From Leptogorgia sarmentosa (Eukaryota), in NCBI GenBank assembly GCA_964658305.1, contig OZ210884.1:124001-188000 (forward strand): 64,000 nucleotides of DNA. The letters run 5' to 3'. The notes beneath the pieces were generated by a model, which had not been told where the DNA came from, ran no database searches, and saw only the letters and a program-made list of their open reading frames with translations. Positions 56,101-64,000 of the stretch are shown in pieces. A program made the position numbers and the translations under genes. The stretch's first letter is position 1. Every line of letters starts with the position of its first letter.

Positions 56101-59100
56101 TTATTATCAATGTAAACACACTCTGCAACATCGCTAGAGTGTGATTTTTTGCATTTGAAGAGTTTTAAAATTTCAAACTTTAGTCAAATTCATGATCATT
56201 TTTGACAGATTTTCCAACTTGGTATGAACAAATCAAAATCATTATTATCAATGTAAACACACTCTGCAGCATCACTGGAGGGAGATTTTTAGCATCTGAA
56301 GAGTTTTAAAATTTCAAACATTAGTCAAAATCATGATCATTTTCGACACATTTTCCAACTTCGTACGAACAAATCAAAATCATTGTTATCAATGTAAACA
56401 CGCTCTGCAACATCGCTAGAGTGTGATTTTTGGCATTTGAAGAGTTTTAAAATTTCAAACTTTAGTTAAATTCATGATCATTTTTGACACATTTTCCAGC
56501 TTGGTATGAACAAATCAAAATCGTTATTATCAATGTAAACACACTCTGCAACATCGCTAGAGTGTGATTTTTTGCATTTGAAGAGTTTTAAAATTTCAAA
56601 CATTAGTCAAAATCATGATCATTTTCGACACATTTTCCAACTTGGTATGAACAAATCAAAATCATTATTATCAATGTAAACACACTCTGCAGCATCACTG
56701 GGGGGAGATTTTTAGCATCTGAAGAGTTTTAAAATTTCAAACATTAGTCAAAATCATGATCATTTTTGACACATTTTCCAACTTGGTATGAACAAATCAA
56801 AATCATTATTATCAATGTAAACACACTCTGCAACATCGCTAGAGTGTGATTTTTTGCATTTGAAGAGTTTTAAAATTTCAAACATTAGTCAAAATCATGA
56901 TCATTTTCGACACATTTTCCAACTTCGTACGAACAAATCAAAATCATTGTTATCAATGTAAACACGCTCTGCAACATCGCTAGAGTGTGATTTTTTGCAT
57001 TTGAAGAGTTTTAAAATTTCAAACATTAGTCAAATTCATGATCATTTTTGACACATTTTCCAACTTGGTATGAACAAATCAAAATCATTATTATCAATGT
57101 AAACACACTCTGCAACATCGCTAGAGTGTGATTTTTTGCATTTGAAGAGTTTTAAAATTTCAAACTTTAGTCAAATTCATGATCATTTTTGACAGATTTT
57201 CCAACTTGGTATGAACAAATCAAAATCATTATTATCAATGTAAACACACTCTGCAGCATCACTGGAGGGAGATTTTTAGCATCTGAAGAGTTTTAAAATT
57301 TCAAACATTAGTCAAAATCATGATCATTTTCGACACATTTTCCAACTTCGTACGAACAAATCAAAATCATTGTTATCAATGTAAACACGCTCTGCAACAT
57401 CGCTAGAGTGTGATTTTTTGCATTTGAAGAGTTTTAAAATTTCAAACTTTAGTCAAATTCATGATCATTTTTGACAGATTTTCCAACTTGGTATGAACAA
57501 ATCAAAATCATTATTATCAATGTAAACACATTCTGCAGCATCACTGGAGGGAGATTTTTAGCATCTGAAGAGTTTTAAAATTTCAAACATTAGTCAAAAT
57601 CATGATCATTTTCGACACATTTTCCAACTTGGTATGAACAAATCAAAATCATTATTATCAATGTAAACACACTCTGCAACATCGCTAGAGTGTGATTTTC
57701 TGCATTTGAAGAGTTTTAAAATTTCAAACTTTAGTCAAAATCATGATCATTTTCGACACATTTTCCAACTTGGTATGAACAAATCAAAATCATTATTATC
57801 AATGTAAACACACTCTGCAACATCGCTAGAGTGTGATTTTTTGCATTTGAAGAGTTTTAAAATTTCAAACTTTAGTCAAATTCATGATCATTTTCGACAC
57901 ATTTTCCAACTTGGTAGGAACAAATCAAAATCATTATTATCAATGAAAACACACTCTGCAACATCGCTAGAGTGTGATTTTTTGCATTTGAAGAGTTTTA
58001 AAATTTCAAACTTTAGTCAAAATCATGATCATTTTCGACACATTTTCCAACTTCGTACGAACAAATCAAAATCATTGTTATCAATGTAAACACGCTCTGC
58101 AACATCGCTAGAGTGTGATTTTTGGCATTTGAAGAGTTTTAAAATTTCAAACTTTAGTCAAATTCATGATCATTTTTGACACATTTTCCGACTTGGTATG
58201 AACAAATCAAAATCATTATTATCAATGTAAACACACTCTGCAGCATCACTGGAGGGAGATTTTTAGCATCTGAAGAGTTTTAAAATTTCAAACATTTGTC
58301 AAATTCATGATCATTTTTGACACATTTTCCAACTTGGTATGAACAAATCAAAATCATTATTATCAATGTAAACACACTCTGCAACATCGCTAGAGTGTGA
58401 TTTTTTGCATTTGAAGAGTTTTAAAATTTCAAACTTTAGTCAAATTCATGATCATTTTTGACAGATTTTCCAACTTGGTATGAACAAATCAAAATCATTA
58501 TTATCAATGTAAACACACTCTGCAGCATCACTGGAGGGAGATTTTTAGCATCTGAAGAGTTTTAAAATTTCAAACATTAGTCAAAATCATGATCATTTTC
58601 GACACATTTTCCAACTTCGTACGAACAAATCAAAATCATTGTTATCAATGTAAACACGCTCTGCAACATCGCTAGAGTGTGATTTTTGGCTTTTGAAGAG
58701 TTTTAAAATTTCAAACTTTAGTTAAATTCATGATCATTTTTGACACATTTTCCAACTTGGTATGAACAAATCAAAATAATTATTATCAATGTAAACACAC
58801 TCTGCAACATCGCTAGAGTGTGATTTTTTGCATTTGAAGAGTTTTAAAATTTCAAACTTTAGTCAAATTCATGATCATTTTTGACACATTTTCCAACTTG
58901 ATATGAACAAATCAAAATCATTATTATCAATGCAAACACACTCTGCAACGTCGCTAGAGTGTGATTTTTTGCATTTGAAGAGTTTTAAAATTTCAAACTT
59001 TAGTCAAAATGATGATCATTTTAGACACATTTTCCAACTTCGTACGAACAAATCAAAATCATTGTTATCAATGTAAACACGCTCTGCAACATCGCTAGAG

Positions 59101-59783
59101 TGTGATTTTTGGCATTTGAAGAGTTTTAAAATTTCAAACTTTAGTCAAATTCATGATCATTTTTGACACATTTTCCAACTTGGTATGAACAAATCAAAAT
59201 CATTATTATCAATGTAAACACACTCTGCAGCATCACTGGAGGGAGATTTTTTGCATCTGAAGAGTTTTAAAATTTCAAACATTAGTCAAATTCATGATCA
59301 TTTTTGACACATTTTCCAACTTGGTATGAACAAATCAAAATCATTATTATCAATGTAAACACACTCTGCAACATCGCTAGAGTGTGATTTTTTGCATTTG
59401 AAGAGTTTTAAAATTTCAAACTTTAGTCAAATTCATGATCATTTTTGACAGATTTTCCAACTTGGTATGAACAAATCAAAATCATTATTATCAATGTAAA
59501 CACACTCTGCAGCATCACTGGAGGGAGATTTTTAGCATCTGAAGAGTTTTAAAATTTCAAACATTAGTCAAAATCATGATGATTTTCGACACATTTTCCA
59601 ACTTCGTACGAACAAATCAAAATCATTGTTATCAATGTAAACACGCTCTGCAACATCGCTAGAGTGTGATTTTTGGCATTTGAAGAGTTTTAAAATTTCA
59701 AACTTTAGTTAAATTCATGATCATTTTTGACACATTTTCCAGCTTGGTATGAACAAATCAAAATCGTTATTATCAATGTAAAC
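20122..59783. repeat. 141-bp satellite array, block 2 (about 281 monomers, same orientation)
   Basis: Same monomer and variants as block 1, with no non-satellite sequence seen. Confidence 0.99.
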
Positions 59784-60201
59784 GCGCGCTTGCGTGCGCG
59801 TGCACGAAAAACCGCGCTCTACAAAATCATTAAAATTTATCGCTTAACCCTTGGATTTCAAAGTGAAAATCGGTAGATTCTGTTGGCTAAAGATTCACTC
59901 TTTGGATATTTGGTGTCTGCTTGGTTAAAATTACTTTCCTTTGGACAATTTTGGCGAAACAATTGTTGATTCAGTCCGAATTTCCGTTTATTGAGAGGAC
60001 GGAAAATTCGTTGAAAACTCGGAGGCGCGCACAACTACGCCACAGTCTGCTGACGTCGTTTGAATGCTCAACGTTTTTTGCACACGTTATTCATATACGA
60101 ATCGCGTTTGACTCGAGCGCGTGAGCAAATACGGTCGTCTATTAGAACAATTAAAAGGATAATCAATAATCAATAAATTAATTGAAACGTACAGGATTGA
60201 A

Positions 60202-60342
60202 ATGAAAATAACCCGTCTATTTTTCGCCAAATCACACTGGGTCGTGTGTATTGTGATATTTTTATGGCTTTCAACAAGATTGAAACCTGTTGTGGATACC
60301 AGTACAACTGCCACTGGAAAATACACTCGTATTTCCTCGTAA
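60202..60342 (+). CDS. 46-aa upstream ORF in frame with ORF2 (MKITRLFFAKSHWVVCIVIFLWLSTRLKPVVDTSTTATGKYTRISS*), signal-peptide/TM-like
   Basis: Translated by hand: ATG at 60202 (GAAATGA context), same frame as 60352, ending at TAA 60340-60342. Basic N-terminus followed by the hydrophobic run WVVCIVIFLWL. Confidence 0.5.
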   Translation: MKITRLFFAKSHWVVCIVIFLWLSTRLKPVVDTSTTATGKYTRISS

Positions 60343-60351
60343 CTTGCCATC

Positions 60352-63300
60352 TTGCCAGAAAGAATGTGCTTCATCTGGACTTCTACTCGTGATAGACAGT
60401 TGCGAAAGTTCAATCTTCCTGATGTTAAACATCGCTACGGACTGGACTTTCAAATTTCTCGCAAATGTTCTCACCTGGTTCTACTTATTCTCCTTGCTGG
60501 TGACATCGCGACTAACCCAGGGCCTGTAAATACGAATATTAACAACACGGATGGAACCTTCAGCTTGTTCTACCAAAATGTGAGAAGTTTAAAATCAACA
60601 TATTTGGATAGCTCATCTAATACGAAGGAGAGTAAACTATCTTGTTTCCACGACGTTGTTATGGCCAACCAGTTCGACATCATTGCGCTAACAGAGACAT
60701 GGCTAGACAGTTCGATTTTAAATCATGAACTTCTCCCTGTAGGATATAACATCTTCAGACGCGATCGAGAAGGAAAACGTGGCGGAGGTGTTTTATTGGC
60801 TATTAAAGATCACATCAAAACGGTCCAATTCAAATTTACCTCACAGTCTCTCGAGATAGTAAGCATTGTTATCAACTCTATATCCAGGAATGTGCTCGTT
60901 TGTGTATGTTATCGCCCACCAAATGCTGGTATTGAATTTCATAAAGAATTTGAACGTTTTCTCAAGTTCGCAAATGATTCAAGGTATAAAGATATCATCG
61001 TTCTTGGTGACTTTAATTTTCCTTCGATTCATTGGTTAAATGGTTCTGGATTCTCTGATGCAACAATTGAAAGTAGATTTACAGATTATCTGCAGGAGTC
61101 AGGATTATTTCAGCTGATAAATGTTCCTACTCGTGGTCACAACTTAATCGATCTGTTACTTACTACGAACGAGTTCTTTGTTCATAACATCACCGTTACA
61201 GATGACGATTCTGTTTGTTTAAAGTCAGACCACAAGGCGATCACAGCGGACATTAAAGTGAAGATAAATCCTCGGAAACCCGTTAAACGTATGGTTTACA
61301 ATTACTCAAAAGGTGATTTTAACTCCTTACGCACGACGTTAAGATGTCTTCCATTGTTAGATATTGTTGAAAACGAACACGATGTCAATACTGCTTGGAC
61401 CAAGTGGAAAGATGCATTTCTTTCTGCCGTAGACACTTTCATTCCAAAAACTAAGATGAAATCATCATACAAACCTCCTTACATCACCCACGACATCATT
61501 CACTCCCTCAACAAGAAAGCAACGTTGAGAAAACGGGCCAAGTTGACTAACTCTTCTGAACTTTGGAAACGATTTCGACTACTCCGGCGCAATATCAAGA
61601 ACCTAATAAGATCAAAGAAACGAGAGTATATTGCGAAGTTAGGAAGTGTGCTAAAGCAAAAACCGAAAGAATTTTGGAGATTCTTCAAAGCTAAAACAAC
61701 AGGCTGTTCCCTTCCTGACGTCATGCAACACAATGACCAAGATATCACCACTGCAAAAGAAAAAGCCGAAGCATTTAACATCTATTTTGCTTCAAATTTT
61801 CGTCCAGATTCCCCTATTTCCCATAGCTGTTCTACATCAAATTCGAACCGGAGTAATCTAGAATCCATTTCTGTTTCATCGGAAGAAGTTGGTGCTCTGT
61901 TATCCAGCCTCAAGATTGACAAAGCTACTGGACCCGACGGAATACCTGCCATGCTATTAAAAGAGTGTTCAAATGAAATTGCTCCATCACTAACTGCGCT
62001 CTTTAACATGTCACTTTCACTTGGCAAAGTTCCTCAAGAGTGGAAAGAAGCTAACGTTATCCCAGTTCCGAAAAAAGGCGATTCACACTTAGTCACCAAC
62101 TATCGACCAATTTCCCTGCTATCCTTAATATCCAAGACTTTAGAAAGGGTCGTGAACATGCACGTGTCTAACTTTGTTATGCCATTCCTTAATAAAGTTC
62201 AACACGGATTCTGCCGGAAACGATCATGTACTACCCAACTTCTCGGTGTTTACCATGACGTTGGCAAAGCTTTAGACAATGGTAACGAAGTTGACATGAT
62301 TTACCTTGACTTCTCGAAAGCCTTCGACTCAGTGTCTCATCAGAAACTTGTGTTAAAACTAGAACAGCATGGCATATCTGGTTCGTTATTATGCTGGATA
62401 ACAGATTACCTAACAAATCGACGTCAGTGTGTCGTAGTTAATGGTGTTGCATCTTCCTACCTTAATGTCACATCAGGAGTACCTCAAGGTAGTATACTTG
62501 GCCCACTTCTATTCATGATTTACGCGAACGATCTACCTGATGCAGTCCACCACAGCATAGTTCCCATGTTTGCTGATGACAGCAAATGCTTCCGAGAAAT
62601 CATCAAACCTAAGGACAGAAACCTTCTTCAGGCTGACGTCGATTCCCTTCTGCATTGGTCAACTATCTGGGACTTACGTTTTAATGCCCAAAAGTGTGCT
62701 GTTATGCATTTCTCTCGAAAGAAAAGTCCAGCCACCCAACAGGATTATTACCTCGACGGACGACCAATAAAATTATGTACCACTCAATGTGACTTGGGGA
62801 TCCTCGTGAGCGATGACTTAAAATGGTCGTTACATATCCATAATTTGGTATCTAAAGCCAATAGAATGCTTTGGTTTCTACGACGAAAGTGCTTTCACCT
62901 CGCTGACGTCAACGCTCGACGATTATTGTACTTGTCTCTTGTCCGATCTCATTTATCTCATGGTTGTGAAGTATGGGCACCTCAAGGACCTTCATCTGAT
63001 ATGTATCGTCTAGAAAGTATTCAGCGCCGTGCCACCAAGTTTATCCTTCAAGATTATGAATCATCTTACACAGATCGTTTAAAGAAACTCAACCTCATTC
63101 CACTTTCCTACTGGTTAGAATTAAAGGACATTGTTTTTTATTTCAAGTGCAAAGTCGGCCTGTATGAACTTGACATTCAGCAGTTTATTAAGCAACCTCA
63201 CCATCAATCAACCCGTTCAAGTTCCGGTGACTTTCTATGTCCAAACTTATGTAGAACATCTCTTTTTAGAAACTCATATTTTAATAGAATAGTAAACATA

Positions 63301-63474
63301 TGGAACAACCTACCTAATAATATTAAATCTTCCTCTTCTCTTTCTATCCTTAAAGCTAATCTACATAAGTACTACATTTATAAACTCAACACCGTATTCG
63401 ATACAGAAAGACCTAGAACTTGGAAAACACTGTGCAGTAAATGTAGATCACTGCAAATAAATTGTTGTTCATGA
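60352..63474 (+). CDS. LINE ORF2 polyprotein: apurinic-like endonuclease plus reverse transcriptase (track start is TTG; first ATG at 60364)
   Basis: APE motifs YQNVRSL, LTETWL, GGGVLL, YRPP, GDFN, PTR..IDL, SDH (~60559-61240). RT motifs KATGPDGIP, WKEANVIPVPKKG, NYRPISLLS, QHGF, YLDFSKAFDSV, GVPQGSILGPLLF, FADD (62569-62580), DLGI. CR1/L2-type C-terminus LESIQRRATK...YFNRIVNIWNNLP and a terminal CSKC. No internal stops or frameshifts. Confidence 0.97.
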   Translation: MPERMCFIWTSTRDRQLRKFNLPDVKHRYGLDFQISRKCSHLVLLILLAGDIATNPGPVNTNINNTDGTFSLFYQNVRSLKSTYLDSSSNTKESKLSCFHDVVMANQFDIIALTETWLDSSILNHELLPVGYNIFRRDREGKRGGGVLLAIKDHIKTVQFKFTSQSLEIVSIVINSISRNVLVCVCYRPPNAGIEFHKEFERFLKFANDSRYKDIIVLGDFNFPSIHWLNGSGFSDATIESRFTDYLQESGLFQLINVPTRGHNLIDLLLTTNEFFVHNITVTDDDSVCLKSDHKAITADIKVKINPRKPVKRMVYNYSKGDFNSLRTTLRCLPLLDIVENEHDVNTAWTKWKDAFLSAVDTFIPKTKMKSSYKPPYITHDIIHSLNKKATLRKRAKLTNSSELWKRFRLLRRNIKNLIRSKKREYIAKLGSVLKQKPKEFWRFFKAKTTGCSLPDVMQHNDQDITTAKEKAEAFNIYFASNFRPDSPISHSCSTSNSNRSNLESISVSSEEVGALLSSLKIDKATGPDGIPAMLLKECSNEIAPSLTALFNMSLSLGKVPQEWKEANVIPVPKKGDSHLVTNYRPISLLSLISKTLERVVNMHVSNFVMPFLNKVQHGFCRKRSCTTQLLGVYHDVGKALDNGNEVDMIYLDFSKAFDSVSHQKLVLKLEQHGISGSLLCWITDYLTNRRQCVVVNGVASSYLNVTSGVPQGSILGPLLFMIYANDLPDAVHHSIVPMFADDSKCFREIIKPKDRNLLQADVDSLLHWSTIWDLRFNAQKCAVMHFSRKKSPATQQDYYLDGRPIKLCTTQCDLGILVSDDLKWSLHIHNLVSKANRMLWFLRRKCFHLADVNARRLLYLSLVRSHLSHGCEVWAPQGPSSDMYRLESIQRRATKFILQDYESSYTDRLKKLNLIPLSYWLELKDIVFYFKCKVGLYELDIQQFIKQPHHQSTRSSSGDFLCPNLCRTSLFRNSYFNRIVNIWNNLPNNIKSSSSLSILKANLHKYYIYKLNTVFDTERPRTWKTLCSKCRSLQINCCS
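60469..60525 (+). other. 2A-like (StopGo) peptide, SHLVLLILLAGDIATNPG|P
   Basis: A hydrophobic run followed by GDIATNPGP at 60499-60525. It matches GD(V/I)ExNPGP except E->A and lies just upstream of the APE domain, where 2A-like motifs are known in CR1/L2-group elements. Confidence 0.75.
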
Positions 63475-63644
63475 ATGTTTATATAGTATAAAATAATGTC
63501 TATTATTAGTTAGCTGACTGTATGTGTGTAGAGGTTCAATTCATTGTTGTGTAGTGTATGCTGTTATAACTTTAGGAGGGACTTAGTTAGGGACTTATGT
63601 TCTGTTGTCTTTTCCTTCGATCTGTTTTAAAGATTGTAAATCAG

Positions 63645-63659
63645 TAATAATAATAATAA
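63645..63659 (+). repeat. (TAA)5 3' tail of the LINE (last unit overlaps the target TAAAC)
   Basis: TCAG-TAATAATAATAATAA-ACACACTC. Short tandem-repeat tails are typical of CR1/L2 elements. Confidence 0.9.
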
Positions 63660-64000
63660 ACACACTCTGCAACATCGCTAGAGTGTGATTTTTTGCATTT
63701 GAAGAGTTTTAAAATTTCAAACATTAGTCAAAATCATGATCATTTTCGACACATTTTCCAACTTGGTATGAACAAATCAAAATCATTATTATCAATGTAA
63801 ACACACTCTGCAGCATCACTGGAGGGAGATTTTTAGCATCTGAAGAGTTTTAAAATTTCAAACATTAGTCAAAATCATGATCATTTTTGACACATTTTCC
63901 AACTTGGTATAAACAAATCAAAATCATTATTATCAATGTAAACACACTCTGCAACATCGCTAGAGTGTGATTTTTTGCATTTGAAGAGTTTTAAAATTTC
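63657..64000. repeat. 141-bp satellite array, block 3 (continues past the window end)
   Basis: Monomers resume in phase after the LINE. Confidence 0.99.

Larger units (their letters stand above)
59784..63656 (+). mobile_element. Non-LTR retrotransposon (LINE), CR1/L2 group, single ORF, ~3.87 kb
   Basis: The satellite breaks after ATGTAAAC (59783) and resumes as TAAACACACTCTGC (63657). TAAAC is duplicated (59779-59783 and 63657-63661), although it overlaps the tail so the true TSD is 2-5 bp. APE+RT ORF, short 3' UTR, (TAA)n tail. Confidence 0.95.

Noticed and set aside
29594..58089. Short satellite ORFs (29594-29791, 54598-54846, 57841-58089)
   Set aside because: 141 is divisible by 3, so a point change in the ATG-TAA stop fuses adjacent monomers. 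There is no evidence of coding function.
1..59783. CRISPR-like reading of the conserved/variable alternation in the array
   Set aside because: The variable parts are a few recurring alleles of one sequence rather than unique spacers. There are no cas genes and the context is eukaryotic.
59921..62770. Small alternative-frame and antisense ORFs in the LINE (59921, 60087, 60271, 60290, 61500, 61782, 62231, 62570)
   Set aside because: Short, without recognisable motifs, and mostly overlapping the APE-RT ORF or its leader. None resembles an ORF1.
1..64000. Naming the host species or a known satellite family
   Set aside because: A 2A-bearing CR1/L2-type LINE hints at an aquatic invertebrate, but I cannot identify the satellite or the organism without a database search.

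Overview
Eukaryotic heterochromatin-like window. About 87% is one unidirectional, AT-rich 141-bp satellite array (about 390 monomers, three main monomer variants, many local multi-monomer duplications), plausibly centromeric or pericentromeric. Two young insertions interrupt it, each with an empty-site paralogue inside the window. (1) 15486-20121 is a 4.6-kb non-coding, almost fully palindromic element with AGTAGT...ACTACT ends and a 6-bp target-site duplication, the end signature of Polinton/Maverick elements. Each arm has a short terminal segment, a GC-rich 10-bp repeat, about 410 bp of promoter-like unique DNA and 1.5-1.6 kb of GATATC repeats spaced at roughly one helical turn. A 28-bp spacer joins the arms. 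It sits exactly in the loop of a dyad in the satellite monomer. (2) 59784-63656 is a CR1/L2-group non-LTR retrotransposon with an open APE+RT ORF, an N-terminal 2A-like motif (GDIATNPGP), an in-frame hydrophobic leader cut off by a single TAA, no ORF1 and a (TAA)n tail. All other ORFs in the track look like repeat or antisense artefacts. No host genes, RNA genes or CRISPR arrays were found. All coordinates and comparisons were read by eye.
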